DNA of 60,574 bases, counting the filler. It is 7 parts of 7 records of this genome, joined end to end, with 100 filler letters (N's around TTAATTAATTAA, not from the genome) between each part and the next. Parts side by side here need not be neighbours in the genome. Positions count along the whole stretch, not along the records: positions 29,654 to 42,385 come from SRR31156797_25804; positions 42,486 to 49,054 come from SRR31156797_25806; 5 more parts are not named here. One strand, 5' to 3'. A model generated the notes under the pieces. It did not search any database. It saw nothing but the letters and a program-made list of their open reading frames with translations, and was not told the origin of the DNA. The position numbers were made by a program, and so were the translations under genes. Within the stretch, counting starts at the first letter, position 1, and every line of letters starts with the position of its first letter. Positions 33,386 to 42,696 of the stretch are shown here, in pieces.

Positions 33386-34699
33386 TTAGTGGGTGGCGCA
33401 GGCGATACAGGGGTCAAATGCGCGAACCACCCGCCCCACCGCATGTTCCAGCTCCATATCCACTTTTTGCGGGGAGATGTACCGCTGTGCGGCCACCTTG
33501 AGCGCCCGCTCTATGGCCATTACGTTGTGGACCGTGGGAATGATTAATTCGGTCTTTTCAATCAATCCTTTTCGAACGCGGTAATGATGGATGAGCGGAC
33601 CCCGGGGAGCCTCCACCAGGCCATATCCTTCTCCGTCCCGCGACCTGTGGGCCACGGCCGTTTCGGTTGCCACCAGAGGTTCTTCCAGAATCCGGATGGA
33701 CCTTTCAATGGCATAGACCAGTTCAATCCCCCGGGCAAGATCATACAGCAGCAGTTGGTGGGCGGGACGACCGAAATCCGATCGAAATCGTTCCAGATAC
33801 TCTTCCGCAAGGGGCGTTTCCATGCATTCAAACATGTTGATCCGGGCCAGGCTGTTGGCCCGAATGACCTGCCCCTTGTAACTGGTCTTGCCGGCGTAGC
33901 TGTAGTCCGTTTCCCGGTGGGTCAGTCGGTCCAGAAATTCAGGAGCCGAAAAGGCACCCCCGTCGGTGCCGTCCGGGTTCATGAATTGAACGACACCGGA
34001 TGCGAAATCGGGCCGATCTTTTCCCGCGGCAGAAATATAATAGGCCGGGCCATCATCTCCCCGGGTGCCGATTCTGTCCCCCATTTCCAAAAGCCGCGTC
34101 CAATAGGAATCGAAGAGTTCGCATGCAATGGGCAGGGCCTTCTTCATCTGCCGGTTTACCGTATGCGCCTCCCCCGGCGGAACACCGGTGGTCATCCCCC
34201 CGACCACCGCTTTCACGGGGTGAATGGACTGTCCTCCCACAGCGTTTATAAGGTCCGTACCGGCTTTGCGCACCATTAAGGAACGAGAGCCGAATTGGGT
34301 TCGAAACCGCTCCAGTTGAGGATCTTCCGAATGGTCAAAGATGCTGTTAAGGCCCAGACAGTCGGGCATGGTAAAAAGGAACAAACTTGTGGCCTGGTTC
34401 TGAATGAGTTGTCCCAACAACAGCAGTTCCCGCAGCTTCAGGGCCACCGGCGGAGGCGTTACATTATAAACATCTTCCAGGGCTCCCACCGCGGCAATGT
34501 GATGGGCCGTGGAACAGACCCCGCAGATACGCGGAACGATAACCGGCATCTGTTCGGCGGGCACACCCTGAACAAAATGCTGAAATCCCCGGTATTCCGT
34601 GGCCTGGAAGTTTGCCGAAACCACTTTTCCCGCCTCCACCTCAATGACCACCTGGGCGTGGCCTTCTATTCGGCTCAACGGAAAGGTTAGCGTTGCCAT
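33386..34699 (-). CDS. [NiFe] hydrogenase large subunit, group 3 (MvhA-like)
   Basis: RIEGH, L1 RICGVC, EAPRG, L2 DPCIACATH followed immediately by TAA. Confidence 0.9.
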   Translation of the reverse strand: MATLTFPLSRIEGHAQVVIEVEAGKVVSANFQATEYRGFQHFVQGVPAEQMPVIVPRICGVCSTAHHIAAVGALEDVYNVTPPPVALKLRELLLLGQLIQNQATSLFLFTMPDCLGLNSIFDHSEDPQLERFRTQFGSRSLMVRKAGTDLINAVGGQSIHPVKAVVGGMTTGVPPGEAHTVNRQMKKALPIACELFDSYWTRLLEMGDRIGTRGDDGPAYYISAAGKDRPDFASGVVQFMNPDGTDGGAFSAPEFLDRLTHRETDYSYAGKTSYKGQVIRANSLARINMFECMETPLAEEYLERFRSDFGRPAHQLLLYDLARGIELVYAIERSIRILEEPLVATETAVAHRSRDGEGYGLVEAPRGPLIHHYRVRKGLIEKTELIIPTVHNVMAIERALKVAAQRYISPQKVDMELEHAVGRVVRAFDPCIACATH

Positions 34700-34701
34700 T
34701 G

Positions 34702-35550
34702 TTATAAAACCTCTATGTCCTGATCAGGATAGGCCCCGGTTAATGCATCATGGGAAAACTGAAACAGGAAAAGGGATAACTGCGGTGAGCGGAGGGCGGC
34801 CTCAATTTCATCCCGGGGGACATCGGTCATTTTTGAGAAAATTTTCCGTATGGCATTCAACCAGTTTTCCGGCTCCTTGTGGATAAATGCGTCCGATGGG
34901 CCCCTGCAGCCCACACAGGGCTGGCCGGCACGGGTACAGGGGGCATGGCAGCCGCCACGGGTTGTGATACCGATACACACATATCCCTGGTTAATGAGGC
35001 ATATATCGGGCAGCACAGCGCCGCGCAGCAGTCCTGTCAAGTGACCGGGGCGCATTTTTTTGTGCTTTTTGCGACCGCATTCCTGGCATACGGTTTTGGC
35101 GATATGGAGATCACCGGGATGAAACAGGAGTTTCACAAAGAGTTCCGAGGTGGGCGGGCAGCCCGGGAGGGTTTGTTGAATGGGAACCACTTCGGCAATG
35201 GGCCGGCACCTGGGGAGGAGCCTGGGTAGGTGACGCCGCCCTTCCTCGGCCAGAAAGAGGTCGTGAACCTCCTCCCGACTCCCCAGATTGGCCACGCCAC
35301 CGGATATGGCACAGGTGCCCACGGCCACCACTTTCCCGGCATGGACGACGGCACGGCGTAGCCGATACAGATCCTCGTCGGTCCGCACACCGCCGCTGAC
35401 CAGCAGGATATCCACATCGGGGATGCTGTTTGCTGATATGACCAGCGGCATGTAGACCAGTTCGTACTCTTCCAGCCATTCCTCAGCGTTCAGAAGCGAT
35501 ACTTCGCATCCGGCACATCCCGTCAACTGCAATACGGCAAACTGTTGCAT
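34702..35550 (-). CDS. [NiFe] hydrogenase small subunit (MvhG-like)
   Basis: CAGC, GTCA, PGCPP, CQEC and CxGxxTRGGC...CxGCRGP Fe-S ligands; no Tat signal; start set at MQQFA. Confidence 0.87.
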   Translation of the reverse strand: MQQFAVLQLTGCAGCEVSLLNAEEWLEEYELVYMPLVISANSIPDVDILLVSGGVRTDEDLYRLRRAVVHAGKVVAVGTCAISGGVANLGSREEVHDLFLAEEGRRHLPRLLPRCRPIAEVVPIQQTLPGCPPTSELFVKLLFHPGDLHIAKTVCQECGRKKHKKMRPGHLTGLLRGAVLPDICLINQGYVCIGITTRGGCHAPCTRAGQPCVGCRGPSDAFIHKEPENWLNAIRKIFSKMTDVPRDEIEAALRSPQLSLFLFQFSHDALTGAYPDQDIEVL

Positions 35551-35716
35551 GTTTTCCCTATTTATCCGCTTTTTTGTAAACCTATCATGAAAAAGTATCG
35601 GCTTCAATGTCCAATCCGGCCATCGGCAATTTTTTGACCTTCATTTAATGTGTGACCCAGTGGCACTTTTCAGTGTATAATGAAGGTTATCTCCATCAAT
35701 TCTAGAGGGCAAATCC

Positions 35717-37021
35717 ATGAACAGAAGAGAATTTTTAAAAGGGATGGCGGTGGCGGGTGCGGCTTCAGTGGCCGGGGGCCTGCATATGGTTCCCGCGCTG
35801 GGCACCCCTCAAAAAGCGCATGCCGCGTCCGGAAGAAACAAACTGGTATTCATCAGTGATCTCCACATGAACGTGGACGGCACCTACTCGTGGCTGGTCA
35901 AACATGCGCCGGATCTGGCGCGGTTCCTCAATGATCTCAACAAAAGAGATGATGTTGCCGAACTGATTATTCTGGGGGATCTGCTGGATCACTGGGTATG
36001 CCCGGTGGCGTACACACCCCAAACCTTTTCGGACATCCTTTCGGCCAATTATAACAATGGCGTGGTGCCGGCTTTGCAGGAAGTCTGCCACAACAAAGAC
36101 ATTGACGTCACCTATGTGACGGGCAACCACGATATGCTCTCTTTTAAAGGGGAGAATAAAGATGTCATCTTCCATGCTTTTCCGAACATGAACATCATCT
36201 CCAATCCTCCCGGTTTGGGAGCCTACACCAAAGACAATATTATCTGGGCCGAACACGGCCACCGTTACACCCTGTTCAATGCACCCGACATCTGGAGCCG
36301 CCCGGGCGGACACCTGCCCATGGGATACTTCATCTCCAGATTTGCCGCATCCAAATCCCTCACCGAGGGGAGGATCTATACCACACCCCAAGTGCTGGAT
36401 CTTTTTATCACTTCTCCCAGTGAGGTTCAAGAATACCTGACCCAGGTGGGTTACGGCCATGCACCCGGCGGTGTTATCGATGACGCGCTGATCATCGCCA
36501 TGTTCAACGCCATCGGTTTATGGTCCGGAAACGGCCCGTTGAGCCGGTTTTTCATGAACGGTCTGGACGGTTTTACAGATGACCCCATGGTGGAAAAAAT
36601 TGCTTTCATGTACGACACCATATTCAGCGGATGGCCTTCCCGGCAGAACATCGTCAACCATTATGAGGCGGTTTTCAATGAACTGGGGCACCTCAGCAGC
36701 GCGGCCAATCTTCTGTTTAGAATGCCGGAACGGATCGGGGACCTGTATCCCTTCACCCCCCGGATTATTCTTTTCGGACACACCCATCAGGCGGCATTTC
36801 AGTACCATTCAGGTGACGTTGAGACCATCTATGTCAATACGGGCACCTGGATCGACAAACAACCCGACATGACATGGGCGGAAATCGAAATGGTCCATGG
36901 CGCCAACGGCCAAAGGGATTACACGGTTTCCCTGTGGTTTTACGGCGAGCCAACACCCAGACACTCGGACACAATCTCAGTTCAGGGGGAGAAAGAAGAA
37001 TATATGCCCCGGCACCGCTGA
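35717..37021 (+). CDS. Tat-exported calcineurin-like metallophosphoesterase
   Basis: NRREFLK twin-arginine signal; SDLH, GDLLD, GNHD, EHGH and GHTH motifs. Confidence 0.85.
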   Translation: MNRREFLKGMAVAGAASVAGGLHMVPALGTPQKAHAASGRNKLVFISDLHMNVDGTYSWLVKHAPDLARFLNDLNKRDDVAELIILGDLLDHWVCPVAYTPQTFSDILSANYNNGVVPALQEVCHNKDIDVTYVTGNHDMLSFKGENKDVIFHAFPNMNIISNPPGLGAYTKDNIIWAEHGHRYTLFNAPDIWSRPGGHLPMGYFISRFAASKSLTEGRIYTTPQVLDLFITSPSEVQEYLTQVGYGHAPGGVIDDALIIAMFNAIGLWSGNGPLSRFFMNGLDGFTDDPMVEKIAFMYDTIFSGWPSRQNIVNHYEAVFNELGHLSSAANLLFRMPERIGDLYPFTPRIILFGHTHQAAFQYHSGDVETIYVNTGTWIDKQPDMTWAEIEMVHGANGQRDYTVSLWFYGEPTPRHSDTISVQGEKEEYMPRHR

Positions 37022-37045
37022 TATCCCGAAACCAAGGATCTGAAC

Positions 37046-38599
37046 ATGACAAAGCCCAGACACCTCTTTTTGGCCAACGCCATGATTATGGCCAATTGCC
37101 TGGCCAACGTGTGTGCCGTTTTCGCAATCAACAGCCTCATGAAAGCGACCATGATCACCGCTTCTCCGGAAACCCTTAGTTTCACTGAAAAGTTCAGCCC
37201 TTTTTATTCGTTTTTCGCCTTTGTGTTCTCCTTTGCGTTCATGATTCTATACGAAAAGCCCATACGTCAATGCCTGAAACAGATCTATCAACAAAAAACA
37301 CCTCCCCTTGATCAGTTGGAAAAAGCACGTCGAAAACTGCTCAATGAGCCTTATTTTGCAATTTCGCTGACCTTCTTCACCTGGATCGTCCCTTCCCTTA
37401 TTTTGGGGGTGGTGTACATCAACAGTAACGAACTTTCTCAAGTAACGGTCCTGGTGGTTCTCCGGACCCTGCTGACCGGGCTCGCCGCTGTTGCCGCGGC
37501 CTTTTTTCTTCTGGAGTATGCGCTTCAAATGTTCCTGGCACCGGTCTTCTTCCCGAAAGGGAGGCTCTGGGCCACACCCGGAACCCTGCGCCTATGGATC
37601 GGCGCCCGCCTCGGGGCCCTGGCCTTAGCCATCAGCATCGTCCCCTTCTGTATCGTTTTCCTGGGAACCTGGGAGTTTAAGCATTCCAATACCCTGTCGC
37701 CCCAGCAGAAAATTGATGATTTTGCAGGGCTTTTACTGACAATTTTCCTGATTTTCATACCTTTCATTGTGGGGCTGACCTGTCTTGTAACCGCTAACCT
37801 GACCCGGCCCCTTAAGGAGATGACCGGCGTCTTAAGGGATGTCCGCAACGGCCGCTTCGACCGAAAGGTCAAAGTGGTTTCCAATGATGAGCTGGGTTAC
37901 ACCGGGGATGTCATCAACGAAATGACCGAAGGCCTCAAGGATCGGGAAATCATCAAAGATGCCTTTGGGAAATACGTGGCCCAGGAGGTTCGGGACGAAG
38001 TCCTTTCCGGCCGCATTCCGTTGGATGGCGAAAAGAAAGAAGTAACGGTTCTCTTCTCCGATCTTAGAAATTTCACCCCCATGACGGAAGAAAACGACCC
38101 GAAGCTCGTGGTCAAGATCATGAACAGCTATTTCAAGGAGATGGCGGAGGCCATACAGAATGAAGGCGGTCTGGTCCTCCAATTCATCGGGGACGAAATT
38201 TATGCGGTTTTCGGAGCACCGGTTTTTCGGCCGGATCATCCGGCCAGGGCCTTCCGGGCAGGTTTGGAAATGCGGCGACGTCTGGCTGAACTCAATAAAC
38301 ATTTTGAAACAAAGGGCTGGCCCGAACTGAGTCACGGGATCGGTATCCATACCGGTGAGGCCCTTGCCGCCAATATCGGCAGCCCTGACCGGCTTTCATA
38401 TCTTCTGGTGGGGGACACCGTCAACCTGGCGTCCCGGTTGCAGGCTTTGACCAAAGAAAAGGGTACGGATATGATCATATCGGCCGAGACCCATGCTTTT
38501 TTAAGTGAACCCGAGCTGAGCGCATCCAAATTAAACCGAATTCCCCCAACTCGGATAAAGGGGAAAAGCCGGTGGGTTGAAGTTTTCGCTTTGGCTTGA
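37046..38599 (+). CDS. Membrane-bound class III nucleotide cyclase with HAMP domain
   Basis: About six TMs, HAMP (NDELG), FSDLRNFT, FIGD, GIGIHTG, GDTVNLASR. Confidence 0.9.
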   Translation: MTKPRHLFLANAMIMANCLANVCAVFAINSLMKATMITASPETLSFTEKFSPFYSFFAFVFSFAFMILYEKPIRQCLKQIYQQKTPPLDQLEKARRKLLNEPYFAISLTFFTWIVPSLILGVVYINSNELSQVTVLVVLRTLLTGLAAVAAAFFLLEYALQMFLAPVFFPKGRLWATPGTLRLWIGARLGALALAISIVPFCIVFLGTWEFKHSNTLSPQQKIDDFAGLLLTIFLIFIPFIVGLTCLVTANLTRPLKEMTGVLRDVRNGRFDRKVKVVSNDELGYTGDVINEMTEGLKDREIIKDAFGKYVAQEVRDEVLSGRIPLDGEKKEVTVLFSDLRNFTPMTEENDPKLVVKIMNSYFKEMAEAIQNEGGLVLQFIGDEIYAVFGAPVFRPDHPARAFRAGLEMRRRLAELNKHFETKGWPELSHGIGIHTGEALAANIGSPDRLSYLLVGDTVNLASRLQALTKEKGTDMIISAETHAFLSEPELSASKLNRIPPTRIKGKSRWVEVFALA

Positions 38600-38652
38600 A
38601 ATGACCCGGAAAGGGCAGGCACCACCACTTTTATAATAATAAGGATACTCCA

Positions 38653-40059
38653 ATGAAATCCCTTCTCCATAAACCGGCATGGGAACTGGCTGAACTGATC
38701 CGCAACAGGGATCTTTCCCCCCTTGAACTGATGAAAAAAACGCTGGAGCGAATCGAAGCGGTAAATCCCATCATAAATGCCTTTGTTGCGCTGCGGGCCC
38801 ACCGGGCCATGGCGGAAGCCAAAAGGATTGAAACGCAGATTGTCAATGGGATGGTTCCGGGCCCCCTGGCCGGCATCCCAGTCGGCGTCAAGGACCTGGA
38901 AGATGTTAAGGGCATGGTCACCAGCTTCGGTTCCATTCCCTGTCAAGACAATGTGGCGGAACGGGACTCGGTCCAGGTGGCGCGGTTGCGACGTGCGGGG
39001 GCCATTGTGGTGGGCAAAACCAACACTCCGGAATTCGGGTTTACCGGGTTCACCAAAAACCGGTTGTACGGGGCTACCCGAAATCCGTGGAACCGGGAAC
39101 GGACCCCCGGCGGATCCAGCGGGGGCTCGGCCGCCGCCGTTGCAGCGGGCATGGTTCCCCTGGCCACCGGCTCGGACGCGGGTGGATCCATCCGTATTCC
39201 CGCCTGCTATTCCGGATGCTTCGGCATAAAACCCACCCTTGGGCGGATCCCCATGGGACCGTCAGCCCGCCTCCCCATGACGCGCACCTGGACCCTGGGC
39301 CCTTTGACCCGGACCGTTGCGGATGCGGCCCTCTACCTGGATTGTACGGCAGGAGATCATCCGGCGGATCCCGATTCTCTGGCCCGGCCATGCTTTTCCT
39401 ACCTGGAAAGCCTCAAGAAAAAACCTGAAATTTTGAAAATCGGTTTCAGTCCGGATCTGGGATATGCCAGGGTCCAAAAGGATGTGATGGCCCTGGCGAG
39501 ACAGGGTGTGGCCGCATTTGAAAAGATGGGCCATCGGGTGGACATCTGGAACGGCCCAATGCCGGACGTGGCCCTTGCATGGTCCCATCTGATGAATTGG
39601 GAATTATATGGACAGTTACACGAGGATCTGGAAAGAATCAGACCTGAATTGGGGCGGACCCTTGCCCAATCCCTGGACAGCGCAAAAGATCTTGCGCCCC
39701 ATGACCATCTCAACATCCAGAAAATCCGAACAGGGTTGAACCGGGTCCTCCGGAAGTTTTTCAACCATTTTGATCTCCTGCTGACACCCACCATGCCCAC
39801 CGAACCGTTTGCGGCCAAGGGACCCCCGCCCACGGAAATTGACGGTGAACCGATCCCGCTTTTGGGCGCCGTGGCATTTACATACCCGTTTAACCTGTCA
39901 GGCCATCCCGCCGCAACGGTCAGGGCAGGCTTGACCGACGCGGGACTCCCGGCGGGCCTTCAAATCATCGGTCCCAGGCATCATGATGCCAGGGTCCTTC
40001 AGGCAGCTCATCAATATGAACAAGCAATCCCATGGAATGATCACTGGCCTGATCTTTGA
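38653..40059 (+). CDS. Amidase signature family protein
   Basis: [19 protein letters not shown] and [11 protein letters not shown] triad motifs. Confidence 0.93.
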   Translation: MKSLLHKPAWELAELIRNRDLSPLELMKKTLERIEAVNPIINAFVALRAHRAMAEAKRIETQIVNGMVPGPLAGIPVGVKDLEDVKGMVTSFGSIPCQDNVAERDSVQVARLRRAGAIVVGKTNTPEFGFTGFTKNRLYGATRNPWNRERTPGGSSGGSAAAVAAGMVPLATGSDAGGSIRIPACYSGCFGIKPTLGRIPMGPSARLPMTRTWTLGPLTRTVADAALYLDCTAGDHPADPDSLARPCFSYLESLKKKPEILKIGFSPDLGYARVQKDVMALARQGVAAFEKMGHRVDIWNGPMPDVALAWSHLMNWELYGQLHEDLERIRPELGRTLAQSLDSAKDLAPHDHLNIQKIRTGLNRVLRKFFNHFDLLLTPTMPTEPFAAKGPPPTEIDGEPIPLLGAVAFTYPFNLSGHPAATVRAGLTDAGLPAGLQIIGPRHHDARVLQAAHQYEQAIPWNDHWPDL

Positions 40060-40086
40060 GCCGCTCAAGAATATCCTAAGGGGGTA

Positions 40087-40551
40087 TTAACTTACGATAA
40101 TATTCGGAGGCTTGTGGATCCCGTTTTTTCCAAGGAGTTGATCCAACATCAGACCGTCTACAGGGCGCAGGTCCCTCACGGAGAAATAGGCATTATTGGC
40201 GGAATTGTAGGCAAAAGACGTGTCAGCGGCATCAAGGATTTCATCCCATTTCATACCAAAATGATTTTGGAATGCATCTTGGAGTTCCGTCATGGCAAAA
40301 TCGCCGGGAACTGAGAGCCATATCTTGAAAAGGTTGCCCACGGCAACAATCCGGCGCTCAATGAATCACCCGGTTTCATAAAAGTAAACCGGCACGTTAA
40401 CTGCCCTACGGCCCCCAACGCAATGGGCAAGACCGGTAAGGAGATTTACATCCATCGTTCCAAAAACAACAAAGGGGTGCCTTGCGGCAATATCAAACAT
40501 CCCCGGCAAACGGCTGCAGCCGATTGCCACTAAAAGCATGCCGTCATCCAT
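40087..40551 (-). CDS. Hypothetical 154-codon gene with in-frame TGA at codon 62 (candidate selenoprotein or pseudogene)
   Basis: ORFs 40366-40557 and 40087-40341 share a frame and are separated only by TGA (40366-40368) plus eight sense codons; GGAGG precedes ATG 40551. Confidence 0.6.
40333..40347 (-). promoter_or_regulatory. Candidate bacterial SECIS hairpin
   Basis: mRNA GUUGCC-GUG-GGCAAC, GU-starting loop 24 nt after the UGA. Confidence 0.4.
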
Positions 40552-40745
40552 GCCCACCTCCGATCATAAGATGCTCTATGAGATGCACGCCTGTTTTGAC
40601 GTTGAGCCATCATACGCAACATAACGTCCCCTACTCCCAGCTTTTACCAGTCCTTTGTTAATGAGGAACGACCGGCGGTGTGTTCCGTCTTACTTTAGCC
40701 CGTCCGGGGTCGCCCATTCCCATCCCATTCCGCCTCCCGCAATCC

Positions 40746-41447
40746 TTAGACCGAAGCCTGCAGCATTTCCATCATCTTCTGTTGCATTTTTTGGGTCACT
40801 GTTTTGCGGTTATATCCCTCCGTAAGGCGTTTGCCCAGAAGCTTGCCCGCATCTTCCGCCGCCGACATGACTTCCGGTTGTTTGGCCACATCCGGGATCA
40901 TTTCCGGGGTAATTTTAACGCCGGGTCCGAAAAGCATCCGCGGCATGCCCACGCCGCAGGTTTCACCGTATCCGCAGGAAAAGCAGGACGCCGCTCCCTG
41001 GCCGCCCACTTTTGCAACGGGTTCAATGAAATTGTACATGAAGAAATTCTGGATCACTTCCGCCGGGATATTGCCGTCCATGCCGCCGACGCCCACTGAA
41101 ACCCCCAGTTTTCCCCACAGGGTGTCGCCTTCCTGGTGCCTGAACTGGAACCACCGCTCCAGAAAAGCGTGGCACAGGGCGTTAAGGGTTGAATAATAAT
41201 TGGCTGCGCCGATCACATATGCGTCGGCGGTTACGATCAGATCGCGAAGTTCGGACATGTCGTCCTTGACTTTGCAGATATTGTCCCCGGCGCAGCCCAG
41301 ACAGGCGATGCACCCGCCGATCTTTTTGCCTCGAAGGGAAACGAGATCAAAATCGATCCCCGTATTTTCAAGAACGGTTTTTACAAGTTTGTAGACGCCT
41401 GAGGATTCCTCTTTCCTCGCACTTCCGGAAATTCCAAGTATTTTCAT
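40746..41447 (-). CDS. Iron-sulfur flavoprotein (flavodoxin-like, FMN_red family)
   Basis: MKILGISGSAR start with GGAAAGGA RBS, CIACLGCAGDNIC motif, second CFSCGYGETC motif. Confidence 0.85.
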   Translation of the reverse strand: MKILGISGSARKEESSGVYKLVKTVLENTGIDFDLVSLRGKKIGGCIACLGCAGDNICKVKDDMSELRDLIVTADAYVIGAANYYSTLNALCHAFLERWFQFRHQEGDTLWGKLGVSVGVGGMDGNIPAEVIQNFFMYNFIEPVAKVGGQGAASCFSCGYGETCGVGMPRMLFGPGVKITPEMIPDVAKQPEVMSAAEDAGKLLGKRLTEGYNRKTVTQKMQQKMMEMLQASV

Positions 41448-41616
41448 TTGACTATTCCTTTCCACGCCCCACAGGGCGTTTTTAGGGGTTGGCATGATTT
41501 TAAAGATGGGGGCGCTTCGTCCGAACGGATAAACCGGGATCAGAATAACATATTCAGAGGGAGGATGCCAATTTGCGCCATTATCCGGCCCAACAAACGA
41601 TCGGGCCAAACGCTCT

Positions 41617-41906
41617 TCAATTTTCCCCCAGGAATTTTTCTCCCAACATCTTTAAAAGGGTCCGGTTGTCCGGGCGCGTCTCAGTGGCTGATCGGCTTAG
41701 GATGTCCGGAGGTCCGCCCCCCGCGCCGGTCTCTTCCCATCGGTTCCCCTGCTCCCATCGGTATGTGCCGCCGGTATCGGTGACCCGCCAGAAGTCGTAA
41801 CAGGCATTCTCCCGATCATCGAATTCATTCAGCACGAACGGTCCGGTTGCGCCGGAGTAGAACTGGGTAATCCACCGCAGGGCCGCCGAGACCGTCTCGG
41901 GACAAA
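41617..41906 (-). pseudogene. C-terminal remnant of an ABC-type substrate-binding protein (LivK-like fold)
   Basis: Open frame reads YSGATGPFVLNEFDDRENACYDFWRV...WEQGNRW, typical of SBP C-termini; no start, cut at the inverted-repeat element. Confidence 0.5.
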
Positions 41907-41972
41907 TTCCGGGGACACCTTACTTATCTTGGGTCGTTGGCAATCAAATATTTAAGTATTGTGTCCCCGGAA
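41907..41972. repeat. REP/REPIN- or MITE-like inverted-repeat element
   Basis: TTCCGGGGACACCTTACTTA (41907-41926) versus reverse complement of 41953-41972, 18/20 identical, 26-nt spacer. Confidence 0.75.
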
Positions 41973-42298
41973 CTCGGTGCGATAAAGGATTCTGCGGGGT
42001 TCAATCCTGTCTGAATGCCTACAGAATTTCTGGCCATTTTTATATATTCTGGAGACCTGGGTTCAATTTTATCTATATTTGATATGAGAGTATCTCCAAA
42101 CAACCATAATATTCTATCATCACTCAGCTTAATTGAATAAGCGCCATCAGAACCTCGCCAGTAAGGATTGGCTTTAAACAGTTTATCAGCCTCCGGCCAT
42201 TGTACCGGATCATTGTTGACCTGGTTTGTTTCATAACTATTACAACTAAAAACCATGGATGCTATGCATAATCCCAATAAACAATTTAAAAATTTCAT
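41924..42298 (-). pseudogene. Truncated lipoprotein (DUF4185/DUF5005-like N-terminus)
   Basis: VFSC lipobox, WRGSDGAYSIKL...LWLFGDT motif; AT-rich; last residues and stop come from the inverted-repeat element. Confidence 0.55.
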
Positions 42299-42385
42299 TA
42301 GTCCCTCTGGGTATTTTTTTATAAAAAATTTAAATTTGCAGTTTACTGAGAATAATTTTGGTTCATCCGACTAAAGCGTACTTTG

Positions 42386-42485
42386 NNNNNNNNNNNNNNN
42401 NNNNNNNNNNNNNNNNNNNNNNNNNNNNNTTAATTAATTAANNNNNNNNNNNNNNNNNNNNNNNNNNNNNNNNNNNNNNNNNNNN
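42386..42485. other. Artificial contig linker
   Basis: 44 N + TTAATTAATTAA + 44 N. Confidence 0.99.
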
Positions 42486-42685
42486 TGGATGGTCAGCATC
42501 ATGGAGATACCCACAAAATCGACCGGATCATCAAAGGGGATCTCTTCCAGGTTTTCATCGACAAATTCCACTTCCACTTGGTCGGGAAGGGAGGCGGCGA
42601 AAACAGCGGGGCCATGGGGCGGCAGATGAAATTCAGTCTGCCTTTCAAGCTTCGCCCATTTAGGGTAAATAAGTTTAAATTTCAT
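42486..42685 (-). CDS. N-terminus of a probable B12-binding radical SAM protein (truncated by gap)
   Basis: MKFKLIYP...PPHGP...VDENLEEIPFD...DFVGIS B12-domain pattern. Confidence 0.65.
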
Positions 42686-42696
42686 AAAAAATCCTG

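Noticed and set aside
33386-33420. Selenocysteine in the hydrogenase L2 motif
   Set aside because: Both ligands are encoded as Cys and the stop is TAA
37019-37048. Phosphoesterase TGA is in frame with the downstream cyclase (possible read-through fusion)
   Set aside because: The cyclase has its own AAGGA RBS and ATG, no SECIS-like hairpin is evident, and in-frame spacing occurs one time in three by chance
41448-41609. N-terminal extension of ORF 40746-41609
   Set aside because: The family-typical start MKILGIS with a strong RBS is at 41447; the extension is likely non-coding
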